NCBI GenBank assembly: GCA_965206595.1
Contig: OZ242214.1
Span: forward strand, 288,001-352,000
Length of the DNA stretch: 64,000 bases
Source: Candidatus Latescibacterota bacterium
Lineage (GTDB): Bacteria; Latescibacterota; UBA2968; UBA8231
Direction: 5' to 3'
Shown: piece after piece, positions 9,600 through 19,405 of the stretch
Layout of the letters: the number at the start of each line of letters is the position of its first letter
Position numbering within the stretch: the first letter of the stretch is position 1
Position numbers and translations under genes: made by a program
Notes under the pieces: generated by a model
Told to the model about the DNA's origin: nothing
Databases searched by the model: none
What the model saw: the letters and a program-made list of their open reading frames with translations, nothing else

Positions 9600-10149
9600 A
9601 TGAAACAAGTGTCTGCTTTACTATTATTCATTGTCCTCGTAGCCTGTCAGGGCCCGGCCGGGCCCACTGGTCCGCAAGGTCCAGGACAGCGAGGGCCACA
9701 GGGGGACCGCGGGCCACAGGGAGAAAAAGGCGACACGGGGGACACGGGAGATCGCGGTCCTCCAGGCACACAGGGTGAAACCGGTCCACAGGGACCGCCG
9801 GGCGAATCTACACACGGGCTTGGTGTCTTTATCGAGCGGGAATTAACCTTTAGCTCATAATGATGAGGGTCAGATAACCATAGAAGACGAGCGCATTAAT
9901 CCCACATCTTTCCGGGCACTTTATTTCAGATTACCGGCTATTGATGATGATGGCAATGAGGCCAGCCTGTATTTGCCAGCTGAAGGTTGGATTTCTCAAT
10001 ATTTGCGTTCGGAAGGTCCCAATGAATATATAGAGCCTCTTTGGATCGTTGTAGACGGGGCTCTGTGGATCTATGATTCCGAACAAACCCTCTTGAATCT
10101 TTTCCCGAACATTACCGTATCATTATCCGCTTTGATCGAGGAACCATGA
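9600..10149 (+). pseudogene. Collagen-like (Gly-X-Y) lipoprotein, frameshifted at ~9858
   Basis: Lipobox-like LVAC, then GPA GPT GPQ... triplets. After TAA at 9860 another frame stays open: [15 protein letters not shown]...SALIEEP* to 10149. Confidence 0.7.
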
Positions 10150-10236
10150 AGAGAATGAGCAACCTGACACTACCCAATCCCGGCTAAACACTTTTAGGAC
10201 CGGGATGTCCTTCTCTCTGGTATTTTCTCTACTATA

Positions 10237-10310
10237 TTATACCAGATTTTCTTTAAATTCGCGGATGAGATTACTAAAGTTGCGCTTGCGTAGTTATCTA
10301 TATAATTCCC
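10237..10310 (-). mobile_element. Orphan IS-like terminus (IS1595/ISNwi1-like) with motif copy 3
   Basis: Minus strand reads GGGAATTATATAGATAACTA...AAAATCTGGTATAAT and abuts the 5'-truncated WD40 gene. Family assignment rests on a recalled ggnnatTAT end consensus. Confidence 0.45.
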
Positions 10311-10337
10311 AGAGGAAAGGGTAGGAAGGCGGTTCGT

Positions 10338-10967
10338 TTGTGGGACGTGGGGTCGAGGCAACCCACCGCCATCCTGGAGAGGGGGCATGGCAATCAGGTC
10401 ACCTCCCTGGCGTTTTCTCCGGATGGTACTTTCCTCGCTTCCGGGTCATGGGATGAAACCCTCAGGTTGTGGGACCTCGGTACACGGTCCACCACCGCTG
10501 TCTTCGATGGGCATACGCACGACGTCTTATCCGTAGCGTTCTCCCCCGACGGGACGATTTTAGCTTCCGCGTCAAGGGACGGCACGGTTCTGTTGTGGGA
10601 CACGACGCCCTGGGTCCCCCGCTATGTTCCCCCCGCCTCTGAGACGGTGATTGAGGTTTCGCAAACGCTGCCGGCGCAGACGGTGGTGCTGGCCAACTAT
10701 CCCAACCCCTTCAACCCGGAGACCTGGATTCCCTATCAGCTTCAGGCACCCGCCCGCGTTCACCTGACCATCTACGATGTCCGCGGGGCTGTGGTACGGA
10801 CTCTTGATCTGGGATACCGGCCGGCCGGCCGGTATCTCACTCCTGCGCAGGCTGCCAATTGGGACGGCCGAGACCAACGTCGCGACCGGGTGGCCAGCGG
10901 TCTGTATCTGTTCCGATTGCAGGCCGGAGATTTCGCTGGGGTGCGCAAGATGCTCCTGCTTCGATAA
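10338..10967 (+). pseudogene. WD40-repeat protein with T9SS type A/FlgD-like CTD, 5'-truncated
   Basis: GH...VTSLAFSPDGTFLASGSWDETLRLWD-type repeats; NYPNPFNPETWIPYQL...WDGRD...VASGLYLFRLQAG...RKMLLLR. Begins mid-repeat with no signal peptide. Confidence 0.8.
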
Positions 10968-11019
10968 GACGGGACCGCCGGCCGGCCCGTTCACTGCTCC
11001 TGGTTCTCTATCTGCGGCG

Positions 11020-11177
11020 GCTTATTATGAGATAGAGCAGCAGTCGCTGACGACTGCCACCGCCGCCTACTGGGATGGCCGCGACAATCGCGGCGAGCGG
11101 GTCGCCAGCGGCGTGTATTTGGATCGGTTGCAGGCAGGCCGGTCGCCCGCGTGCGCAAGATGGTCGTCGTCAAATAA
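11020..11177 (+). pseudogene. Second, degenerate copy of the CTD tail
   Basis: AAYWDGRDNRGERVASGVYLDRLQAG/VARVRKMVVVK*. Confidence 0.65.
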
Positions 11178-11297
11178 GGAACCACAATTGCCTGCTGGGG
11201 AGCTGGGGCCTTCCCGGAAGGGAAATAAACCTCCGCCTCCTGGTCGATCAGGAATTCGACGTTGTCGTTCAGGACGGGTCCCTGTAAGGAAAACAGA

Positions 11298-12143
11298 ATG
11301 AAATTCAGCGAGGAACAACTGGAGCAGTACCGAACCTTGGGCTACGTCATCTTCGACTGTCCCTTCCCCGAGAGCCTGACCGGGGAGTGCATGGCCGCGG
11401 TCGAAAAGGCAGCCCAGGATCCATCGGAGGGACCCGCGGACGGCAGCAAGAGGAACCACTTCTACCTGCGGCCGCAGGTAGAAGACTCGTACTGGTGCTC
11501 TCTCGATCACTCCCTGCCGTTCCTGAAGATCATCCTGCACTCGGAAATCATCGAGCTCGCCCGCCAGCTGAACGGGGTCGGCGATATCTATCTCCGCAAC
11601 GGGGGCATCAACGAGCAGGCCCCGAATCGCTCGGTGTGGTGGCACATCGACCGGGGTCCGGGGTGGGCGGAGTTCATGCACTACTTCTCCGGGGCGTCGC
11701 GCGCGAACGGGTGTCTGCGCATCGTCCCGGGCAGCCACGCCGGGCAGCCCACCTCACTCGAGGAGACGGTGGCCAGGCTCAGGGACGAGCGGGGAACTTC
11801 CGTTTCGCCGAATGACGACGGCTGGGAGGACGTCGAACTCGACGAGGAGATTTCCCTGGAGGTGGAACCTCACCAGATGATCGTGCGCCATGCGTGGCTG
11901 CTTCACTCGACCTGGCTCAACCGCACCAGCGACTGCCGGTACATGAGCCACTGGCTGTTCCATCCGCACACGATCGACAACCACCGCTTCACGTGGGGGG
12001 ACTACCTGACCTCGGAGCTGCTCAATGCGCTGAGTCCCGTGCAGCGGGAGGTGCTGTGGCTGGATCGCGAGTTCGAAGTCGATCCTGCATACGATCAGGA
12101 GAGGTCGCGCGAGCTGGGGCGGGTGAAGTGGGGAATCGTCTGA
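11298..12143 (+). CDS. Phytanoyl-CoA dioxygenase (PhyH) family protein
   Basis: SEEQLEQYRTLGY, WHID, NGCLRIVPGSH and LLHS (HxD...H triad). Confidence 0.85.
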   Translation: MKFSEEQLEQYRTLGYVIFDCPFPESLTGECMAAVEKAAQDPSEGPADGSKRNHFYLRPQVEDSYWCSLDHSLPFLKIILHSEIIELARQLNGVGDIYLRNGGINEQAPNRSVWWHIDRGPGWAEFMHYFSGASRANGCLRIVPGSHAGQPTSLEETVARLRDERGTSVSPNDDGWEDVELDEEISLEVEPHQMIVRHAWLLHSTWLNRTSDCRYMSHWLFHPHTIDNHRFTWGDYLTSELLNALSPVQREVLWLDREFEVDPAYDQERSRELGRVKWGIV

Positions 12144-12173
12144 GCAGCCGGGGCGCGATCCGCGCGGGATCGC

Positions 12174-12713
12174 CTACCGGTCGAGGGATGCCCGCAGGAC
12201 GATACAGGCCTTCCCCAACTCGCAGCCGACGTAGTCCCCCCGATGGGGGACGACTTCCGTAAACCCCAGGCGAGCCCAGAACCGCAAGGCCGGAACGTTG
12301 GCCAGATAGACGCGCCCCAGGGCGAAACGGAATCCACGGGCGGCCAGCTCCCGCTTGAGGCTTTCGATGGTTGCCCTGCCGACGCCGCTTCGCCGGAACC
12401 GCGGCCGGATCGCGAGGATCGAGAGCCAGACATCCCCCGCGGTGGGAACGTCTTCGGTAAGGTGGAAATAGCCGGCCAGCTCGCCGGCCGAACCGACGTG
12501 GATGCGCCGCATGCGGAAGCCGCGCTCCTGCGACTCGGCCGCTGCCGAGCGCTCCACCAGCTGGGCGATCTCGCTCTCGGGCACCTCGGAAAACGTGGGA
12601 TCGACCGCGGCGGCGTCCGAACATTCCAGAAACGCCGCATGCAGCGCCGGCGTCTGCGCTGCTTCGACCGCCCGTACGACGATCTGCCCCTCCGACCATG
12701 TGCTCGGTAACAT
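12174..12713 (-). CDS. GNAT family N-acetyltransferase
   Basis: LAIRPRFRRSGVGR acetyl-CoA motif A; NVPALRFWARLGF. Confidence 0.85.
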   Translation of the reverse strand: MLPSTWSEGQIVVRAVEAAQTPALHAAFLECSDAAAVDPTFSEVPESEIAQLVERSAAAESQERGFRMRRIHVGSAGELAGYFHLTEDVPTAGDVWLSILAIRPRFRRSGVGRATIESLKRELAARGFRFALGRVYLANVPALRFWARLGFTEVVPHRGDYVGCELGKACIVLRASLDR

Positions 12714-12904
12714 GCCCCTATCTGAGTTCGCCGTGCAGCCAGCGAAGGCCGCCCGGCCATCCCCGGTCGGCCGTGGACAGCACCGCGCGCGTGTAGTCGT
12801 CCAATCCGGTCACCTAATAATCATAGAGCTCGGAATCGCTCGCGTTGTAGTTGGCACCCACCGCGGTGAACTGCTCCGGGTGCGAATGCGAAGGTCATCG
12901 GGCT

Positions 12905-14323
12905 TTACAGGCCGCAGGCCTCGTCCGTCAGGTAGTCCCACTGGTGCACGTACGTCACGCCGTCGATCACCAGCCGGTGAGCGAGGGGCAGATCCTCTTC
13001 CCATGTCATTGCGGCACCCCAATTATGGGGCGGCTTGTCCCGCTTGCCCCAGCGGTTGCCGTTGTACCTCCGGAACAGGACCGTGCGGCCCTCACGGCTG
13101 ATGTACGCCACGACGATTACCTCCGAATTGGATGAATCCGCCTCGATGTCGAAGACGCGCATGCACTCGAACTCCCGGCCGCCGATGCGGACGTTGAAAA
13201 GGCCGTGGGAGAATATCTGCGGAGCGTTCGTTCTCCGATCAATCGTTCCGTCCGGCCGCTCGGTCAGGCAGCCCTTGTCCTCGACAAGCCGAGGGGACGC
13301 CGCAAAGTCATCCTCCCAGCCTTCGTCGAGGAAGGTCCGGAGCTCACTCGTGCCGTCGTCCCTCCGGGCAGACTCGACGGCCACCCACTGCACCTCGGCA
13401 TCGTCCAGCCGGCCCCAGACCCTGGTGCGGGACTCATCCTCCTCCGGCGCATGCTGGTTCGGAACGAGCCCGGACCGATCGGGATACCACTGCTCGTGGA
13501 CCTCGATCTCCACGCACTCCCGTCCGTGGACGATGGCCGGGCGCCGGGCTGCCATCGAGACAGCCTCGGTCAACTTCGGCACCGAACCGTCGCGGGTCTG
13601 CTCGTACTCCCCCCACCGCACACGGTCACCGATTTCGGGAACGATGAACCACCATGCCATCTCGCGAAGGTCGATGGTGAACGGTTGCCCCGTGCTCCTG
13701 GAGACCGTGATCTCCGGACGACGCTCCGGAAACGGCCGCTTCGCGGCTTCCCTGTTTCCGACGCTCATAGCAGTGCCCCTCCTCGTCTTGTTGATGCCCA
13801 ATTCTCTGCGCACCCGGTCGCGGCCGTGGGACAGCCGCCGCTTGACCGTTCCGGGCGGGCAGCGATGGCGGGCGGCTATCTCCGCAATGCTTAGTCCGTC
13901 CAGGTAGAACGCTATCAGCGCTCGCCGTTCCTTTTCGGGCACGACCTCGAACGCTTCGATCACGTCCTCAGCGGACCGGCGCTGGCGGGCTTCGGCCACC
14001 CCCAGGCGGTTTGCCCTCATTGTGAGCTCCTCGGACTCGACGACGCGCTCCCGCCGCTGGGTGGAACGCAGGTAGTCGCTGCAGCGGTTGCGCGCAACCT
14101 GGTAGAGCCAGGCGCGCGCGTTCCGCGGCTCTTGAACCCGCAGCCCCGCCCAGGCATGCATGAGGGTCTCCTGGAGCACGTCCTCGACCGCGTCGCATGC
14201 CCCCAGGCGATCGCGGATCAGCGCACTCATGGATCGTTCGTAGCGCCGGATCAGTGCGGCGAAGGCTTCCATGTCGCCGCTCCGGACCAGCCGGGAAAGA
14301 GTCTGATCGCTGAGGGATTCCAT
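12905..14323 (-). CDS. ECF sigma-70 factor with a ~285-aa C-terminal extension
   Basis: Region 2 EDVLQETLMHAW...AWLYQVARN; region 4 YLDGLSIAEIA...GTVKRRLSHGR. Confidence 0.88.
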   Translation of the reverse strand: MESLSDQTLSRLVRSGDMEAFAALIRRYERSMSALIRDRLGACDAVEDVLQETLMHAWAGLRVQEPRNARAWLYQVARNRCSDYLRSTQRRERVVESEELTMRANRLGVAEARQRRSAEDVIEAFEVVPEKERRALIAFYLDGLSIAEIAARHRCPPGTVKRRLSHGRDRVRRELGINKTRRGTAMSVGNREAAKRPFPERRPEITVSRSTGQPFTIDLREMAWWFIVPEIGDRVRWGEYEQTRDGSVPKLTEAVSMAARRPAIVHGRECVEIEVHEQWYPDRSGLVPNQHAPEEDESRTRVWGRLDDAEVQWVAVESARRDDGTSELRTFLDEGWEDDFAASPRLVEDKGCLTERPDGTIDRRTNAPQIFSHGLFNVRIGGREFECMRVFDIEADSSNSEVIVVAYISREGRTVLFRRYNGNRWGKRDKPPHNWGAAMTWEEDLPLAHRLVIDGVTYVHQWDYLTDEACGL

Positions 14324-14523
14324 CGGGCCTGTCGAGCTTCATCTAACAGGGCGCAGTCCGGCGGCAAAAGGTTCACCAGCCTGAAAACGCACGAATCAGG
14401 TCAGGATGAAACGGCAGGCGGTCGCAGGACTCACCGCCTTCGGCGGCGAAGTCGCACCCGGGTAAGGACTGCGCCGGAACGATGGCGGCCCGCCTGCGGC
14501 CGAAGGAGTCGGCGAAAATGATG

Positions 14524-15369
14524 CTATTGTGGAACCTGCTTGCCGGCTTTTTTCTGCAGTCCTTCAGGACGGGGCTTCTGCGGCCAGACGATCTGCCGCC
14601 GCTCGGGCGTCAGGCGCGCCAGCAGCTCGTCCGAAGGATGGTAGCCGTGGCGGAAGTTTCCCCAGGATGGCCCGTAGCGATAGACGAAGATCCGGCGGGT
14701 GCCCTCGTTCGCGCGCCGGGCCGAGCCGTGCGAGAGGCCGTCGACGAAGAGCAGGGCGTCGCCCTTGGCCATGTGGCACTCGATGGCGCCGGCGATGCCC
14801 TCGACCGTGGCGCCTCCGGGACGCATGCGATGCCGGTCCAGGTCGGGATGCGAGAAGTTGGACTTGTGGCTGCCGGGGATCACCATGGTGCCGCCGTCCC
14901 CCGGGCCGATGTCCGTGAGCGCCACGAGGATGTTGATCTGGCCGCACATGTAGCGTCCGCCGTGGTAGCGGAACTGGTTGCGCATGTTGGGCGGGTAGCC
15001 GCCCGAGTGCAGGCCGATGGCCTCCCCGGGCTGGCGGAAGTTGGCAAGGTTTTCGTCGATGAACAGCGGCCCGTGCGCGTAGTCGAACGTGCCCTCCCCG
15101 CCGACGAAGTGCTTCACTTTCTCTATCCAGGCGGGATGGTCGATCATGCGCTCGAAAGGTTCGCCCGCCTCGTAGATCTGCTGCAGGTTGAGGCCGTCGA
15201 CCGTGCGATAGGTGTGGGCGTGGACGTGGCCGTACCAGTCGCCCGGCTCCAGGGGCGGGATGGCGTCGAGGCAGTCGTTGAGATCCCTGACCTCGCCGCC
15301 GGTCAGCGCCCCCTCCAGGTGCAGGTAGCCGCGCAGGTCGAAGAGATAGTTTTCGAGGTCGGTGACCAT
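14524..15369 (-). CDS. PhyH-family dioxygenase
   Basis: YLFDLRGYL, LHSGG, ALTDIGPGDGGTMVIPGSHKSN, LSHGS. Confidence 0.85.
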   Translation of the reverse strand: MVTDLENYLFDLRGYLHLEGALTGGEVRDLNDCLDAIPPLEPGDWYGHVHAHTYRTVDGLNLQQIYEAGEPFERMIDHPAWIEKVKHFVGGEGTFDYAHGPLFIDENLANFRQPGEAIGLHSGGYPPNMRNQFRYHGGRYMCGQINILVALTDIGPGDGGTMVIPGSHKSNFSHPDLDRHRMRPGGATVEGIAGAIECHMAKGDALLFVDGLSHGSARRANEGTRRIFVYRYGPSWGNFRHGYHPSDELLARLTPERRQIVWPQKPRPEGLQKKAGKQVPQ

Positions 15370-15375
15370 GAGTCC

Positions 15376-16530
15376 TCAGCGTTCTACGGGATCGCCCCAG
15401 GAGCCTTCGATGTACGGAAAGCGCGCCTCGAGATCGTCGGCCAGTTCGACGCCGAAGCCCGGGGCGCCGGGCAGAACCAGATGGCCGTCTTCGATCGGCG
15501 GTTTCTCGCGCAGGATCTCCCACTGCAGGGGACCCTGCTTCATGTTCAGCTCCACCAGGCGCGGATCGGGAAGCGCCGCGACCATGTGGGCGTTGGCCAT
15601 CGTCATCAGGCCGTTGTGCCAGTTGTGGGGGATCAGGGGTATGCCGCCGTAGTCGAAGTGGGCCTTGCGGCCGACCTCCATGCAGAGGTCGATGCCGCAG
15701 ACGCCGGCGTCCGGCTGGACGATGCCGAAGCCCCCCGCCTCCATGAACGGCTCGAACTGCGCCCAGGTGGTAAAAGGTTCGCCCCCTGTGATGGGGATGG
15801 AGACGGCCTCGTTGAGCCGGGCGTAGTCCGCGGGCACGCGTTCGACCGGCTCCTCGAACCAGGCCCAGCCCATTTGGTCGAGGGCCTCGGCGATGGGCAG
15901 CGCCTCCTCCATCGAGAGGCGGCAGTTGCCGTCGAGGGCCAGGTCCATGCGCGCGCCCACGGCCTCGTGGACCTGGCGCGCTATCTTCAGGAAGCGGTCG
16001 ACGGTGACGCCCGACCAGGCCCAGTGGGTGCCGAGGCGCATCTTGTAGGCGGTGAAGCCCTCTTCGGCGTACCCGATCGCCTCTTCGACCACGGACTCGG
16101 GGCGGTCGTCCCAGTCGTAGCGCACGCCCGAGGAAGCGTAGAGGGGGAGGCGGCGCAGGGGCTCCTGCCCGGGAGCGCAGAGCAGGTCGGCGGCCGGTTT
16201 GCCGGCGATCTTGCCGCGCAGGTCCCACAGCGCGCAGTCGAGGCCGGCGTTGGCGATGTCGTTGGCGCGCACCGCTTCGTTGTGCGGCGTCAGGTCCTCG
16301 TCGCGGGGGTCGCGGCCGACGAGAGCGGGCTTGAGCTCCTCGATGCGGGCGGCGATTGCGGGCGGCACACCGTACGCGCAAGGCTCGGCGATCCCCTGCA
16401 GGCCCTCGTCGGTCTCGATGATGCAGATCGAGCAGTCGGCCTTGGGCACGTGGAAGGTGGCGCTGTACCATTGGCGCTCCGGCTCGTGGGCGCGCGAGAG
16501 CGAGAGCGTGCGGATATCGGTGATCTTCAT
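15376..16530 (-). CDS. Mandelate racemase/muconate lactonizing enzyme family protein
   Basis: IETDEGLQG, DCALWDLRGK, YKMR, LDGN, WFEEP, GGE, VQPD, PHNW. Confidence 0.9.
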   Translation of the reverse strand: MKITDIRTLSLSRAHEPERQWYSATFHVPKADCSICIIETDEGLQGIAEPCAYGVPPAIAARIEELKPALVGRDPRDEDLTPHNEAVRANDIANAGLDCALWDLRGKIAGKPAADLLCAPGQEPLRRLPLYASSGVRYDWDDRPESVVEEAIGYAEEGFTAYKMRLGTHWAWSGVTVDRFLKIARQVHEAVGARMDLALDGNCRLSMEEALPIAEALDQMGWAWFEEPVERVPADYARLNEAVSIPITGGEPFTTWAQFEPFMEAGGFGIVQPDAGVCGIDLCMEVGRKAHFDYGGIPLIPHNWHNGLMTMANAHMVAALPDPRLVELNMKQGPLQWEILREKPPIEDGHLVLPGAPGFGVELADDLEARFPYIEGSWGDPVER

Positions 16531-16660
16531 CGGGCTCCTGCGGCGAAATTGAATTGGGGTATGTAGCGGGTTGAGCGGGTTGTACAAAGCCCATAATCGA
16601 GGGTACGGGCAAGCGGCCGGCAACGCTGGTTGGGCGACCTGTCCCGTGTAAAGGAGAACC

Positions 16661-17752
16661 ATGACTTACAGAATGATCCAGGTGGGAACCGGCGGACGGG
16701 GCCGCGCCTGGTGCGAGCGCATACTGCCTCCCAACATGGAGGACGGACTGATCGAGGCGGTCGCCGCGGTGGACACCAACCCCGACGTGCTGGTGAACGC
16801 GCAGACGTATCTCGGCCTGCCTCGCGAGAGGTGCTACACCGACCTTGGGCGAGCATTCGCCGAAAACGAGTCCGACTTCTGCACGGTCGTCGTGCCGCCG
16901 GCCTTCCACGAAGAGGTCGTCGACGCGGCCCTGGCCCACGACATGCACATCCTGTCGGAGAAACCGATCGCCGACACGCTCCTTGCGTCCTGTCGCATCA
17001 CCGAGAAGGTGCGGCGGGCGGGGAAGAAGATGGCGGTCACCATGAGCCACCGCTTCGACCAGGACAAGACCACCCTCCGCCAGGCCCTCAGGTCGGGCCG
17101 CTGCGGCGCCGTCGACTACCTGGTCATGCGCTTCACCTGCGACATGCGCGAGCGCGGCGACTGGGGGGCGGCGTTTCGCAACGAGATGAAGGACCCGCTG
17201 ATGATCGAAGGATCGGTCCATCACCTCGATATCCTCGCCGACATGGGTGGGGCCGACTGCCGCACGATCTACGCCCACACGTGGAATCCGGGGTGGGGCG
17301 TGTACGGCGGCGACTCGCAGGCGCTGGTGACGATGCAGCTCGACAACGGCGTCCGCGCCTTCTACGAGGGAGCCAAGACCAACGCCGTCGGGCTCAACGG
17401 CTGGGGGCGCGAGTACCTGCGCGCCGAGTGCGAGTCGGCTACCCTGATCATGGACCACCGCGAGATAGAGCGGTTCGGCCACGACCGCGAGGCAGGTTCG
17501 GTTCACACCCGCCACGGCGCCGGAGAAGCCGTTCCCCTGTTGCAGCAGCGCAAGTGGAGGGACGCGTGGCTGGTGGAGCAGTTCGCGCAATGGCTCGACG
17601 GCGGGGAACCGATGGAGACCCACGTCGAGGCCAACCTGCAATCGGTGGCGATGATCTTCGCCGCCATCGAGAGCTGCCGGACCGGAGGCCCTGTCGATGT
17701 GCAGGGGTTCCTGTCCGCGGCGCGGGCCCAGGCAGCGGAGGAGCTGGCTTAG
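16661..17752 (+). CDS. Gfo/Idh/MocA family oxidoreductase
   Basis: QVGTGGRG, HILSEKP, EGSVHHLD. Confidence 0.9.
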   Translation: MTYRMIQVGTGGRGRAWCERILPPNMEDGLIEAVAAVDTNPDVLVNAQTYLGLPRERCYTDLGRAFAENESDFCTVVVPPAFHEEVVDAALAHDMHILSEKPIADTLLASCRITEKVRRAGKKMAVTMSHRFDQDKTTLRQALRSGRCGAVDYLVMRFTCDMRERGDWGAAFRNEMKDPLMIEGSVHHLDILADMGGADCRTIYAHTWNPGWGVYGGDSQALVTMQLDNGVRAFYEGAKTNAVGLNGWGREYLRAECESATLIMDHREIERFGHDREAGSVHTRHGAGEAVPLLQQRKWRDAWLVEQFAQWLDGGEPMETHVEANLQSVAMIFAAIESCRTGGPVDVQGFLSAARAQAAEELA

Positions 17753-17895
17753 TAGGGCCGCGGAGCGCAGGACTCAGCCGGCAACCCAGGATTTCCCTAT
17801 GGCCGGTTCAGTTCGAAGGCCGCGCCGGTATCCCGCGACAGGCAGCGGCTCTGGTCGCTACGACCCTTGCCCCGGGAAGGTCGTTCACCCGGCCG

Positions 17896-19380
17896 TCACG
17901 GCTTCAGCTCACACTTGATTACCGTCAATGAATGCGGCTCGCAGGAGAGGGTCAGGGTGCCATCTTCCGCCGAGACCTCCGCGTTGCCCGGGACCACACG
18001 GTCGGGGGCCTCGAAGGAGTTCTCGTCGCCGGGATCCCCCGTCAGCGCGGTCGCGGCAGTGACCCGCGGGTGCCCGACGGCGCCGGCACGTACCGCTGTC
18101 CTGACAGGGTGTCCATCCTTGTTGAGCAGGGATACCGTCAGCTTGCCGCCGTCGACCGAGGCTACGACATCGATCCGGTCACCTGCGGTCTCCACGCCCA
18201 CACTCTCCGCGTTCCTGTGCGCGGCCAGCATCGACATGGCGTGGTATTGCGGGGTGCGCAGGAGCTCCCCGCCGCTGGTTTGGAGCAGGGGCGCCCAGGT
18301 GTTGGTCGGATACAGGTAGGTCGCCATCTTCACGCGATCGGCATGCCGCATCCACCAGTGCATGCGCTCGGCGACCTTGAGCCCGCCGTCGAGCCGGGCC
18401 TCGTTTTCATATGTCAGATTGGCGCGGCCCTGGTGCAGGACGATCTCGAAGACCGACATGGTGTCGCGCCATTCCTGCGGCCATCCGCAGGTGAACCGCG
18501 TCTGTCCCTCCCATTCCTCGACACACAGCTCGAGACCGCCGTCGAAGTGCTCGTCTATCATGGCGATCGTATCGCGCAGGTCCTGCTCCTTGGGGTATTT
18601 GAGACCCAGCATGTGCAGCTTGCCGCCCGGTTCGATATCCATTCCCTGTTCCGACGCCGAGGCGACGTCGTTGCTGATGACGCCCCCCGCTTTCGAAAGC
18701 GTCGAGAACCGCTTGAGGAAACGCTCGTTCCAGTCGGCATTCCAGCCCTCGGCGATGATGCGGGAGGCCGGGTCGACCTGGCGCATGAAGAACGTCCACC
18801 TGAATACCAGCTCCGCGTACCCTTCGGGCGACCAGGCGTCGGCGGTCTCGTTTCCGATGATCCACGAGCGCACTCCCAGGGGTTCCGGTTCGCCGTTGGC
18901 GCGCCGTTCCCCGGTGAGGCAGGTGTCGCCGTCGTGGTTGCAGTACTGCATCCACTCGAGCGCTTCGTGCAGCGTGGCGCTGACCGGGTTGAGCTTTATG
19001 GAGGGTGCGGCTCCCACCTTCCTGCACAGCCGGACGAACTCGTGGGTGCCGAACTCGTTGGTCTCTTCGCCGCCGAAGAAGAAATTCCAGGTTCGTTTCC
19101 TGTCCGGGCCTGTGCCGTCGCGCCAGCGGTAGTAGTCGGCAGGAGTGCCGCCGGGGAAACGGATCGCGCCGATCCCGAGCTCGCGCAGGGCGGCTATGCT
19201 GTCGAGCCGCAGTCCCTCGTCGTTCGGAATCGACGGGTCTTCACCCACCCAGATGCCGTCGAGGAGGGTTCCGTAGTTCTCGATCAGGCATCCGAACAGC
19301 TCCGGTGCGATGGTGCCGGTTCGCCGGTCTGTCAGGGTGATGTCCACTCGATCTTCCAAAACTGTTCTTCCTGTTCTCAA
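17896..19380 (-). CDS. GH51 alpha-L-arabinofuranosidase-like protein
   Basis: IRFPGG, FGTHEF, WIIGNE and a C-terminal NSFEAPDRVVP domain. Start codon uncertain. Confidence 0.85.
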   Translation of the reverse strand: MRTGRTVLEDRVDITLTDRRTGTIAPELFGCLIENYGTLLDGIWVGEDPSIPNDEGLRLDSIAALRELGIGAIRFPGGTPADYYRWRDGTGPDRKRTWNFFFGGEETNEFGTHEFVRLCRKVGAAPSIKLNPVSATLHEALEWMQYCNHDGDTCLTGERRANGEPEPLGVRSWIIGNETADAWSPEGYAELVFRWTFFMRQVDPASRIIAEGWNADWNERFLKRFSTLSKAGGVISNDVASASEQGMDIEPGGKLHMLGLKYPKEQDLRDTIAMIDEHFDGGLELCVEEWEGQTRFTCGWPQEWRDTMSVFEIVLHQGRANLTYENEARLDGGLKVAERMHWWMRHADRVKMATYLYPTNTWAPLLQTSGGELLRTPQYHAMSMLAAHRNAESVGVETAGDRIDVVASVDGGKLTVSLLNKDGHPVRTAVRAGAVGHPRVTAATALTGDPGDENSFEAPDRVVPGNAEVSAEDGTLTLSCEPHSLTVIKCELKP

Positions 19381-19405
19381 AGCAATTCAATGCGGGGACA
19401 AATTG

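Noticed and set aside
1160-10310. Integron cassette array
   Set aside because: No intI and no convincing attC (RYYYAAC...GTTRRRY) sites recognised by eye.
14482-17641. Long ORFs 14482-16566 (+) and 14564-17641 (-)
   Set aside because: Shadow frames of real genes in high-GC DNA, with no recognisable motifs.
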